Origin: Rhizophagus irregularis
Taxonomy: Eukaryota
Reading direction: 5' to 3'
NCBI RefSeq assembly: GCF_026210795.1
Contig: NC_089429.1
Span: forward strand, 3,534,001 to 3,598,000
Length of the DNA stretch: 64,000 nucleotides
The notes under the pieces are model-generated. The model worked only from the letters and a program-made list of their open reading frames with translations. It was not told the DNA's origin and made no database searches. The position numbers were made by a program, and so were the translations under genes. Every line of letters begins with the position of its first letter. Position 1 is the stretch's first letter. Shown piece after piece: positions 38,695-50,365 of the stretch.

Positions 38695-40051
38695 TAAAAA
38701 CTTTATATTTTTTATTTAAGTTGTATTAACTTATGGTATTAATAGAATTTTATAAATAAAATAATAATTGTAATTTCTTAATCGGTTACTATTCAGAACG
38801 TAATTTATATTTCAATCTTCATTAACATTTATTCTGTTTTTCAGTAAGTTTAACAATTAGAGCAATATAAACAAAGTAAAATTTTTAATAATAAAAATAA
38901 ATTGATAAGAAAGAAGTATTTTTCTTGTATAATAAATACTAATTTAATTCTTTTCCATCTTTTCGACATTATTAAAATACACTTTGTAATCAACTTTAAC
39001 ATAATGACCGAGTAATTAAAGAGTTTTTCAAAATTTCTTATCCAAGAAATCTCCTGGAAATTGTACAGTTCAAGATAACTTCCACCAGCTCCATATACTC
39101 AAGCATGTGTACGGTTTGTTGGAAGTTTTATTAATGATGTTTGAGAATTCTATTCCAGTAACGATTTTCAGAAGAGATAAAGCAAATTTTGAATGGATTG
39201 TTAAATTGTTAAATTATTATCTATATCAAAAGGGTACAGTATTTGGACCTTTTATCATCCAATCAAGTTACTTAACCTCTCGTAAAGAGGATAAGAAATT
39301 GTGTATCGTTTTCTCTCTCAATCATTTATTGACCATAATTATTGAAGCATTTATAAATTTGTTCGGTTCGTAATTCAGATTGACGAAATTATAATGCCAA
39401 TAATAACTGCTAATATGTTATCCAATTCCAATATCTATTAGAAAGTTTTTATTGTCTTTCTTCAGCTAATTCATTCTAAAAACTCTTGGCATACTTATTA
39501 GAAAAGATTATATCATCGTGCAAAGAATAATTTGATATTACAGTTAAACAAGTTCGTTTTGTTCACTTCTTGGTTAAAATAAATTTGATGCAAGTCACGT
39601 GAAAGTATAAAAAGAAGGATTTTTTAAAGGTGGCTGTGTTTTATCATAGTAGATTGTAAATTATTTTATATTTGATATTGTGGAATTGCAAATTCTCGCA
39701 ATTCCAGGCAAGGAAGCTGATATTATTAAATAAAGAGCATAATGAAATATATCAAAATTACTAAACGATCCGTCATCGTATGTATGAAACTTTGATTCTT
39801 GGGTGAAGACGACCATGATTCGAATTTTTTGTAGGCCGTTTTGGCATTGCAGTCCTTGGCCAGATTTAGTCATTAGCTAAACCTAGTTAAAATGATGAGC
39901 CTCACTAAAAAAAATGTGTTAAAAATAGCAATTAAGCTGGTGAGTGACACAGCCACCCAGTAAATCCAGTAAAAAGTAAAAAAAAAGTAAAAATCAAAAC
40001 TTGAAAAATATTTAAATTCGAAACGATAATTAAAAAATTTTCACAAAGGAT

Positions 40052-42123
40052 ATGGACCAACTAAATAATATAACCCTTTGGGATGTTAAAGATGTATTTA
40101 ATAAAGTGTAAGTTTTTATTATAAACATTGTAAGTTAAGTTTCAACTAGATTGCTAAAAAGTATTTTTTTAGTAAGAATGTCGTGATGAACTATACTGAA
40201 ATGGAGGCCAAAGTACGTGAGGCCACTAATAATGAACCTTGGGGCGCTAGTAGTACTTTGATGCAAGAAATTGCCCAAGGTACCTATAATTAGTAAGTGA
40301 TAATGGTATAAGCTAGTTTGTTAGAATGAATTTTTTTTTATTTATACAAACCGGGAAATTTTTTGATTTATCTTCATTTTAATTGAAGCGCACATTTTAA
40401 TGAGATCATGCCAACAATTTATAAGCGATTTACAGAAAAGGAAGCGAGGCAATGGAGACAAATTTATAAGGTAGCCAATTTAATTAATTGATATTTCATT
40501 GGATAGGTAATTAATTCAAATTATTTTGTTAATTTTTTATTAACAGGCTCTTCAATTGCTTGAATATCTTGTGAAACATGGATCTGAAAGAGTTGTTGAT
40601 GATGCCCGAGCACATATGGGAACTATTAAAGTTTTGAGAAATTTCTCTTATTTTGACGAAAAAGGAAAAGATCAAGGAATAAACGGTTAGGAAAACATTT
40701 TTAGTTGGACATCGAATAAAAATGATTTTTTCATTTTATTTTATATATTTAATATTTAATATATACATATATTTAGTTCGTAATCGGGCAAAAGAACTTG
40801 CAGACCTTCTAAACGATAACGAAAAAGTTAGGCAAGAACGTAAGAAAGCAAAAGCCAATAGAAGTAAATTCACTGGCGTTAGTTCAGACGCAATCGGTTA
40901 TGGAGGTTTTAGCGGAAGCTTTAATGGTGGATCATCTCGTTATGGAGGATTCGGAAACGATTCGTATAGTTATTGTGAGTATCGTTAAGTTTTATATTAA
41001 CCAGTATTTTATTTACAAAAATTTAAAAAAATTTAATATATGAAAATATTTGTTATTGTTTAGCTGAGGAGAGATCTCGTTCCAGATATGATGATTACGA
41101 CATACAATGGCAAAGTGATTATAGGTCTGGAAGGATTTCCCCATCAGATGACAGAAGATCGAGTCTCGGAAATAATAATCGATCAAGTATATCTTCAATT
41201 AAAAAGACATCCGAGTCAGTCACTTCTAATTCCAACGGCTCATCCGAACAACAGAAAGAAGTAAATTTATTTGATTTCGATGATCCTTCTGTTACTTCAG
41301 CTACCTCCAATCAAACCACTTCCAATGATTTTGGTAAGAAAAGAATATGTTTTATTATTTTAATTCAAAATATGTTTATCTTTACCTTCTATCCAATATA
41401 TTTAAAAAAAATCATTTTTATAGATGATGATTTCCAAGATTTTCAAAGTGCACCACCTATGCCATCATCTCAAAGATCATCAATTTCTCAGTCATCAGGA
41501 CTTCAAAATAATTCAGTTCCTTCAATTCAACCAATCACAAATTTAAAATCAGTTCAGCCTATTTCAAATGTACAATCACCAACTCAACCTAATGTAAATG
41601 TTTCTTCTGGAATTAACAATAATTTACTTGACGATTTTCTTGGTCCTGTATCTGCACCACCATCTACAAATTTGCCAATTAACACACAAAAAGCTTCCTC
41701 TACATCATTAAATACTTCACAGCCTATTAATGCTTTCAATACAACAAAACCTATTTCACCAACTACACCGAAGCAAGTAAGCAATTTAGATGTTTTAAAA
41801 TATCTTTTTTTTTAATGAAAGCTGTTTTTTTAATATTTAAAAATTTACAGAACATTCCAAACCAAAATACTTCCTTTCCCAACTTGAAATCTAATGATAT
41901 ATGGGCATCTAATCTTGTATCTTTGGATTCATTGGGAAAAGAACCCAACAATACAAAACAATCTGCTAAGCCAACAATGAATTCTCTTGCACAAGCTGAC
42001 TCTACATCTTGGGCAGTTAAAGGAACCTGGACTACTGCACAGCCAGTACAACAGCCTATTCATCATAACACTCAACTTAATTCTCAACAAAAACAACAAG
42101 ATTCATTTGATTTGCTAATGTGA
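40052..42123 (+). CDS. ENT3: ENTH-domain epsin-related clathrin adaptor (Ent3/epsinR type), multi-exon
   Basis: KNVVMNYTEMEAKVREATNNEPWGASSTLM, WRQIYKALQLLEYL, GKDQGINVRNRAKEL; tail with NLFDF, DDFQDFQSA and LVSLD. Confidence 0.88.
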
Positions 42124-42619
42124 TTTTATATCATTATTATTATAATAGAAATATAGGAAGAGTTAAATTTTAGATGATTTAATAATTTATGATGATACAC
42201 CAAAAAGAAAAAATCCCAAAATATTTAATAATACAAGTATATTATGTAACAAGATTTGATTATATTAAATTATTATTTTTTATTATATTTCTTCTTAGAT
42301 TTAATAGTTACAAGTTTTGGATCAAATATTTATTTGAGAGTTTAATGGGTTTCATGTTATTATTAAAAAAATATACATTTTAACAATTATTTTATTGGTT
42401 ATATAGTTAATAATAAAAAATTCTATCTATTAAAAGTAGTAACTAAATTTCAAATTTTATAACCTATTTATTACTATCAGTTTAAGAATTCTGTAATTTT
42501 TAAAGTTTTACAAGTTTATAATTTTTTGTTAATTTTAAATCACTAAAATTCCATAAATTACTATTGGATTTTTTAAGAGATTTTAATAATTTAATTCATT
42601 ATATTATTGTTAAATATAA

Positions 42620-42913
42620 GGCCAAAGAAATAAAATTATTCGTTTCTCATGAAAAAAAATTGCTAAATTTGACCCGGCCGCCCGGAAAAAAATTTTATTT
42701 TCAAAAAAAAATTTAGTCGTTTCCTAGAAGATGATTGGTTGATTCAATAAATTTTTTGCCCGGGTTACTGGGTGGAAAAAAAATTATTTTTTTATGATTA
42801 TGATTGGTCAAACCCAAAATCACATGACCAAATAAAATAAATTTTTTTATCTTTTCGTAACATTTACATGACCCGCCCGGTAATGAGAAACGAATAAATT
42901 TATTTACTTGGCC
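42620..42913. mobile_element. PIF/Harbinger-type MITE (294 bp)
   Basis: ~31-bp TIRs GGCCAA..AAATAAA.TTATTCGTTTCTCAT with TAA on both flanks (42617-42619, 42914-42916). Confidence 0.82.
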
Positions 42914-42940
42914 TAATATATTAATTACAAAATTTTTAAT

Positions 42941-43040
42941 CTTAACCCTTTTTAACCATAATTTTAACTCTAATATTAATCCTAATCCTAACCTAACTTT
43001 AATTCTAACTAATTCTAACCTTTGGTAATTTAATTCCAAT
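42941..43040 (+). repeat. Degenerate (CCCTAA)-like hexamer tract
   Basis: CTTAACCCT, CTCTAA, TCCTAATCCTAACCTAACTTTAATTCTAAC. Confidence 0.45.
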
Positions 43041-43782
43041 TTTAATTATAAAAGTTTATATTCTACAAATATAAAACTTTTAAAATGTCATCAGCACAAT
43101 TTTAGGTACTTTCAATATAAAAAAACTGATACAATCAAAATAATGCTATAAAGCAAATATTTTATTTTATTAATACAGTTAACATATAATTTATAATATA
43201 TACAATTAGATAGTAATTTACATAATCTATTAAATTAATGAATAAATGGCATTTAATTCTATTTGCTAATATATAATCAAGTAAATCAACAATATATATT
43301 TGAAATAATTTATGCATTTTAATTAATAAATTTATATATTGCTTTATTATGACCTTTTTTCTCACAATTTTAATAAGTCTTTTGCTTGTCTTTTTATTAT
43401 TATTACTTCTATTTGTATTATTATTTGACATTTAGTTATTAACTTATCATTTAATAGTTGTAAATGTCAGAATTTTCTAGCATAGTGCCATAGTAATCTT
43501 GAATTTCAATACAACTCTTTATTTTTCTAATTAGCCTTCCTTTTCTTATAGTAATTATAGGATTTTTGATATTAAAATCAATTTCTTCTATATTCTAATC
43601 TAATTCTAAAAGTACAATATAAATCCATAGCAAAAACCTATAAATTTGTTATAAGAATTAATAGCAATTGCAATGTCAAACAAATGCTTTTTACATTAAA
43701 TCATATATTTTTTATTACGTACAGTTAATTTCTCTTAAATTTTAATTGTAAAATTCAGTACCACAAATTTGTTTAATATATT

Positions 43783-44090
43783 TTACTAAAAATAGCCAAT
43801 TTTTTGAAATGATTTTATAATAATTTAAAATATTACTAAAATATATTTAATACATCAAAATATTTTTATTATACTTTTGTTATTATTTTATAATTGTATT
43901 GTATCTAGGTTTATAAAAATAACTCAAAATAATATCACAATAATTTTTAATGCTTTTATTATTATTTTATTATTATAATATAATTGATTTTGATATTATT
44001 TTAATGCTTTAATTTCAAAAATACCTTAAATAAATTTTGATATATTTTAATATATTTTAAAAATTTTACAGAATAATTGTATAATTGTAT
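43783..44090. mobile_element. Truncated copy of the ~365-bp AT-rich MITE
   Basis: Starts TTTACTAAAAATAGCCAATTTTTTGAAAT and is colinear with 45790-46090. Confidence 0.75.
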
Positions 44091-44213
44091 AATTGTAGTA
44101 GTCTGATTTGTAGATATGAAATCTAAATATCTATACAGATATATGGATATTCAAATATAAATTTTAAGTAACAGATAGAAAATTACTGATATACAGATAT
44201 CTATTATGCATAT

Positions 44214-44854
44214 AGGACCCCGGACATCACATATATAACTCATAACTAATCTGCATGAATTTAAGTACTTTTTGCTCCTGCTAAAATAGACCTAATTTGC
44301 TAAAAATCAAATTATCACATTTCAAATCTATACTAATTTGCTAAAACTCAAAATATGAGTTAATAATTTTTTCTTTTATTATCAATAAAAAAATAAATGA
44401 TTAATATAAATTAAACTGCCAATTTTTATAATTAAAATATGTAGATTATAGATAAAATAATAATTAATAAAAATAATAAATTAAATAAATAATTATTAAA
44501 AAATAAAATGTTGCGAAACTAAACGGACGGTTTTTGGCCTGCATTATGCTTAAATTTGGCCGGAATTATACTTAATTTTGGCCAAAATATAACCTGGACC
44601 CCGAAACTAATATTTTTAAAAATATTATTTATAAAGTTAAAAAAAAAGGATAAATTAAATTTAAAAAAAAGTACCAATTTGCTCAAATATAAAATATGAC
44701 TTTGTAAAATCAATACAATTTGCTAAAACTCATAATTATAACTATTAATTAATTTTCAATCAATTTGCTCTATCTAAAATTATGAGTTTAACCTAATTTT
44801 GATTGAATTTGCTAAAACTCAAATGTGAGTTATATATGTGATGTCCGGGGTCCT
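44214..44854. mobile_element. Non-autonomous TIR element, AGGACCCCGGA family
   Basis: 29-bp perfect TIR AGGACCCCGGACATCACATATATAACTCA; 8-bp TSD ATGCATAT; internal TTTGCTAAAACTCA repeats. Confidence 0.9.
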
Positions 44855-45345
44855 ATGCATATTAACTAATTTTATATAATAGTTAATTAAAAAGCATAAT
44901 AAAATATAATACATCAGGAAATTTTTTTAGGCGTAATTTAGTGTAATATTTTGGAGGTAGTGTAAAATTTCAAAATATTACACTAAAAAATGTAATATTT
45001 TTTTTTTTTAATCACAATATATTTGATAGTTTATTAAATTAATTGTTAAAGCAAATTACATAAGTAAGTATAACTCTAAACTATAATTTAATATTATTAA
45101 CTACCAAACCACTCGTCATGCTGAAAAGCACCTCACGTGTATACTGTTGAGTGATACGTTTTGCTCAGAGGGTAAGAAATATTTGCAATGTCCTATTTTA
45201 GCATAAATGCCCTTTTTCTTCACAAGGCAATCACAGGATCCACTACATTACAAATAAAAATAAAAAAATAAAAAAAACAATTTTTAGAATTCCTGTAAAA
45301 TCAAAAAAATTAAACAATCCAGATCATTCCTTTTCCATAAATCTA

Positions 45346-45714
45346 CTACTTTACTAAAAATTGCCAATTTTTTGAAATATTTTTATAGACCTAGATACAA
45401 TAGCTTTCAAAACAATTGTGCAATTATTTTGTAAAATTTTTAAAATATATCAAAATATATTTAAGGTATTTTTGAAATTAAAATATTAAAATAATATCAA
45501 AATTAATTATATTATAATAATAAAATAATAATAAAAGCATTAAAAAATTATTGTGACATTATTTTGAGATATTTTTATAGACCTAGATACAATACAATTA
45601 CAAAATAATAACCAAAGTATAATAAAAACATTTTAATATATTAAATGTATTTTAGTAGTATTTTAAAATTATTACAAAATCATTTCAAAAAATTGGCCAT
45701 TTTTAATAAAGTAG
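45346..45714. mobile_element. ~365-bp AT-rich MITE, copy 1
   Basis: TIR ACTTTACTAAAAAT(T/G)GCCAATTTTTTGAAAT at both ends. No clear TSD. Confidence 0.78.
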
Positions 45715-45789
45715 CTCCAGTGTTGGACAAATCCATCTATCCAAATTGTAGGATCTTATGAGCGCACAATTAAAATCAAAACCCAACTT

Positions 45790-46153
45790 CTTTACTAAAA
45801 ATGGTCAATTTTTTGAAATGATTTTGTAATAATTTTAAAATACTACAAAAATACATTTAATACATCAAAATGTTTTTATTATATTTTTGCTATTATTTTG
45901 TAATTATATTGTATCTAGGTCTATAAAAATAACTCAAAATAATATCACAATAATTTTTTAATGTTTTTGTTATTATTTTATTATTATAATATAATTAACT
46001 TTAATATTATTTTAATATTTTAATCTCAAAAATACCTTAAATATATCTTGATATATTTTAAAAATTTTACAAAATAATTGCACAATTGTTTTGAAAGCCA
46101 TTGTATCTAGATCTATAAAAATATTTCAAAAAATTGGCCATTTTTAGTAAAGT
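45790..46153. mobile_element. ~365-bp AT-rich MITE, copy 2, inverted relative to copy 1
   Basis: Same TIR. The internal sequence is the reverse complement of 45346-45714. Confidence 0.78.
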
Positions 46154-46675
46154 TGCTGTAGATAGGAGAGTCTATACGCTTACTGGATATTGCTAGTTGA
46201 GAATAGATGAGGTCCTATTTGCAAAATGAAGTTTGAAAAGCGTAACGAGATAAGATATCTACTATAGAGTGTCTAGATGCACAACTATAAAATCCTAATA
46301 CTAGTAGTCTTCCCCATATCATAACGATTTGTAACTACCGTTTGAAAGCTCTATCTGAAAAAATATATAGGTAATAAAAAAAGACAAAAAAAGAAGTTGC
46401 AAAAAATTGAAAAAAAACTATATAAAAAAATTAAAGAAACACAAAAATCCTGGTATAGTATTAATCTACTGGTAGGTTTGTCACGATTCTTCTTTTTTCT
46501 TGGAGCGAAGAAACAACTAAAGATGAGACTCAGGCGAGTACATGATAGTTGCACAGGTCGAATGAAAAAAAATCGGATTTTGACCCTTTTAAAATAGCTT
46601 TGCCGATATTAGCATAAACATGCCGATTTTTGCGTATTTATGTATAGATGTACCCATTTATGCCGATTTTTAATA

Positions 46676-47190
46676 AAATCCGATACATCAGTCAGAAATA
46701 CCAGTTTTTAATGGCCGATCTTTGTTAATATTAAATTCAGATGTTGTATTATTATATAGTATTGCTCGCTTTTCATATCGGAGGTTTGATGTACAAATCG
46801 GAATTTGCTCCTTTAAATATAGCCATGCCAATTTCAGTATAGCTTTCGATGAAATCTGATACATCAGTCGGAAATACCAATTTTTAATGGCCGATCTTTG
46901 TTAATATTAAATTCGGATGTTGTATTATTATATAGTATTGTTCGCTTTTCATATCAGAGGTCTGATGTACAAATCGGAATTTGCTCCTTTAAATATAGCC
47001 ATGCCAATTTCAGTATAGCTTTCGATGAAATCCGATAATTCAGTCGGAAATACCAATTTTTAATGACCGATCTTTGTTAAATAAAACCGACATTAAATTC
47101 AGATGTTGTATTATTATATAGTATTGTCCGCTTTTCATATCGCAGGTCTGATGTACAAATCGGAATTTGCTCCTTTAAATATAACCATGC
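46676..47190. repeat. Three tandem copies of a ~177-bp unit, probably the interior of a CACTA-like derivative starting CACAGGTCGAA at 46552
   Basis: AAATC(C/T)GATA..TCAGTC(A/G)GAAATACCA recurs at ~46676, ~46853 and ~47028. Confidence 0.85.
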
Positions 47191-47540
47191 CGGTTACAGC
47201 ATATCTTTGTCAATTTAAAGTATAATACTGTCACGGTAATACTGCAGACTTAATAATTTTAATATATATATATATATACTAATGTACCGACTTCATAACA
47301 ATGAAAATTCGGATAGAGAAGAAAAAAAGGAAGTATTGGAAAATAAGTGAATTAAACCTTCATGATATACTTAAAGATAATAAACTTAGGACCTTAGGTG
47401 GAAAATTAGTTAAGTGCTTCTTAACTTAACAAATAGAAATATACTTATACCATAAAAGAAAAAGAGAACATAATTATTTAAAAAAAAATTATTTTGATTT
47501 TTTTTTTTATTATTATTATTATTAGGTAAGTTGGAGCGTA

Positions 47541-49016
47541 CAGTCACCCCTCTCTACAGCGAACCTCGATATAGCGAATAACATGATATAACGGATCATA
47601 CAGTGTGGTACCGATTTTAAATATGAAAAAAACCTTGATATAACGAAGTTTACTATTTATTTACCGTATAACGTAGTACGAAGTAAAGTGTGTGAATTTC
47701 TTATATAAAAATGCCTCTCGATATAACGGATTTTTTTTATAACGAATTTTTTTCAGTTATAACGAAGAATTTCTTTATAATTAAATGTAATTATTAATAA
47801 ATATTGATGCATTATGACATTAAATATCACCCCTGTGTTTTATATTTAAATTATGGATCAGGGATTGTATCAGGATCGTATCGGGATTAATAATTCTGGC
47901 TATTTTATTTAATATTTAGGCAGAATTACATTAATTTACATTAATTCAGTTGTATTAGGATTCGATGTGAATTGTTATTAATTTATATTTATCACAGGGG
48001 TAAGGACACTCCTAGTTAAATTAATATATCATTAATAATTTATTTATTATATATTCAGTTATTGTTAAACAGCATTCCTACAAAAAAAAGGAATTATAAT
48101 AAACATTTTTATATAGAACACTTCAGGAAGCATTCCCTATAATAAAAAAATAAAAAAAAAACATTAGTAAATGTTCTTAAACGAAATTAAAAGAAAAAAT
48201 TGAGTTGTGCCACTTACTTCTTGTCTCAAGCGTTCATTTCGAAGTCCCTACAATAAAAAAAAATAAAAAAGAATATTAGTAAATGTTCTTAAACGAAATT
48301 AAAAGAAAAAATTGAGTTGTCCCACTTACTTCGTCTCAAGCGTCCATTTCGAAGTCCCTACAATAAAAAAAATAAAAAAAGAACATTAGTAAATGTTCTT
48401 AAACGAAATTAAAAGAAAAAATTGAGTTGTCCCACTTACTTCGTCCCAAGCGTCCATTTCGAAGTCCCTACAATAAAAAAAATAAAAAAAGAACATTAGT
48501 AAATGTTCTTAAACGAAATTAATAAAAAAAATCGAGTTCCCCACTTACTTCTTGTCTCAAGCGTCCATTTCGAAGTCCCTACAATAAAAAAAATAAAAAA
48601 GAACATTAGTAAATGTTCTTAAACGAAATTAATAAAAAAAATCGAGTTCCCCACTTACTTCGTCTCAAGCGTCCATTTCGAAGTCCAGGAAGTTTCCTAC
48701 AATAAAAAAAATAAAAAAAGAACATTAGTAAATGTTTTTAAACGAAATTAATATAAAAAACCCCCAGTTCCCACTTACTTCTCATTCTAGGCATCTATTT
48801 TGAAGTTTAGAAAGCACCACTATAAAAAAAAGATTAAAAAAAATGTTAAATTATCGGTAATCAGATCAACAAGTCACATGATCTGTATAACCGATATTCC
48901 TATACCGAAGAATTCATTATACAATACCGAATAATTCATTATAGTGTTAACGAAGTTGCTTATAACGAAGCCCTGATCAGCTGGAACCTAGGGTTCGTTA
49001 TATCGAGAGGGGACTG
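47541..49016. mobile_element. Non-autonomous Tc1/pogo-type element
   Basis: TA TSD; TIRs CAGTCACCCCTCTCTACAGCGAACC / CAGTC-CCCTCTCGATATAACGAACC; subterminal GATATAACG repeats. Confidence 0.85.
48075..48830 (-). repeat. Micro-exon/intron tandem array D (~110-bp period, 6-7 units, near identical)
   Basis: Exon GGACTTCGAAATGGACGCTTGAGACGAA (e.g. 48330-48357), GTAAGT donors, ~82-nt introns with AAGAACATT-TACT-AATGTTCTT and TTTTATTGTAG acceptors. Confidence 0.88.
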
Positions 49017-49305
49017 TAATAAGTTTCTCAGATTTTTTAGAGCTTGATTTTCCGCTGAAATTAACAAAAGATATGTTAATGAAATAATATGAAATAATAG
49101 GACAAAGATATTTTTAAGTAATAAGGAAGATAGTACTTACATCGTAATTTGCGTATTTGCCGATGAAGAGTAGAAATTGATTCTACTTCATGGTTCTCCA
49201 GCTCCTCAACCCTATCTTCTGCGTCCCAGAGTGCATTAATAGTCCTTTGGTGAGCATTTTGGAGCTCTTGTAGTGCATTAGTAGTCCTTTGATGAGCATT
49301 TTATA

Positions 49306-49603
49306 AGGACCCCGGATATCTCCAAAACAGGTCATAAGTCACACTTTCGGCAGATTGGCCCATTTTTCAGGGGCTCAAAAAATCGTTTTTTGTAAATATC
49401 TCGGCATCCAGTAGTCCAATTTTGATGAACTTTTTTTTTAAATTGTAGAGCTAAATGAGGGCTACAAAATAAAAAAAAGTTCATTAAAATTGAATTACTG
49501 GATGCTGAGATATTTACAAAAAACGATTTTTTGAGTTTCAGCAAAAAGGGGTGTTTTTGGCCAAAAGTCCATTATGACCTTTATATTAGATATCCGGGGT
49601 CCT
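49306..49603. mobile_element. Fold-back MITE, AGGACCCCGGA family (298 bp)
   Basis: TIR AGGACCCCGGATATCT; 8-bp TSD ATTTTATA; interior 49375-49535 is a long imperfect palindrome. Confidence 0.9.
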
Positions 49604-50365
49604 ATTTTATAGCTCTTGTATCTTGGTTTGCGAAGCATCTAATGCAAGGCATGTTCCCAGGCCTCTGTTATAACAATCGACTTTCACTGAGCAATAAAAA
49701 AAAATACATAACATATATATAAAAATAATAATGGGTGGTTAGCAAAAGCTAAGTGAATAAGTCGATAGTCCATGGAAGCATTCTTCAGGATTGTTCCATT
49801 TAAGAACCGAGACTGCCTGGAGGTATAAGACCTCGTCTTCAGGTGACCCATCTAAGAACCGGACAGCTCTGGGAGTATAAAACTCCGTCTACAGGCGACT
49901 CCATTAGAGAAATACAACCATGAACCTTGCGTACGATACCTACTTTTCAAAAATTTTACGGTCATCATACGCTTCGCTTTGAGCGTCTTAAAACGCTCCT
50001 TAGATTTTTTCTGCGAAGTTGTAGAACGGCGAGAACCCATAATGGCGTTAATAAAATATAATTGATGAAAAGACAAAAATTATTGAGCGAAAGTAAAGGG
50101 TATGGAATGATGAAAGGTATATTTTATATAATAAAAATACGCGTCCTGAAAAATGCGAACAAGCTGATGAAAAATACACGTGAATTTTAGAATAATTATT
50201 TTTAGAATAAGGAGAATAGCAACTTTAAATTAGTAATACGTGATAAGTTACGTGATATATTATTTTGAGATTTGAGCCAATTTTTAATAATGTTATTCAA
50301 ATTTATAGAAAATTCATTCTTTTTATTAAAATGATATTTTTTTATTTAAAGGAATAACTGCCATA

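Larger units (their letters stand above)
47480..50040 (-). pseudogene. Unknown multi-exon coiled-coil protein pseudogene interrupted by two MITEs
   Basis: MGSRRSTTSQKK...; VDCYNRGLGTCLALDASQTKIQEL*NAHQRTTNALQELQNAHQR...RKLR|SENQALKNLRNLLRSNLPNNN. The frame is restored across both empty insertion sites. Confidence 0.6.

Noticed and set aside
39000..39560. Possible small gene between PRP2 and ENT3 (ORF 39107-39373)
   Set aside because: No ATG start, recognisable motif or convincing splice structure.
42941..43040. True telomere or telomerase RNA template
   Set aside because: The tract is short, highly degenerate and internal.
45100..46330. GC-richer fragments around the MITE pair as an old retroelement
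   Set aside because: No translatable motif could be recovered.
46676..47190. Centromeric satellite (nucleosome-sized unit)
   Set aside because: Only three copies, embedded in TE-like subterminal sequence.
48075..48830. CRISPR-like appearance of the regular repeat arrays (also 50520-51065 and 62347-62753)
   Set aside because: The sequence between repeats is itself repeated rather than unique spacers, there are no cas genes, and the context is eukaryotic.
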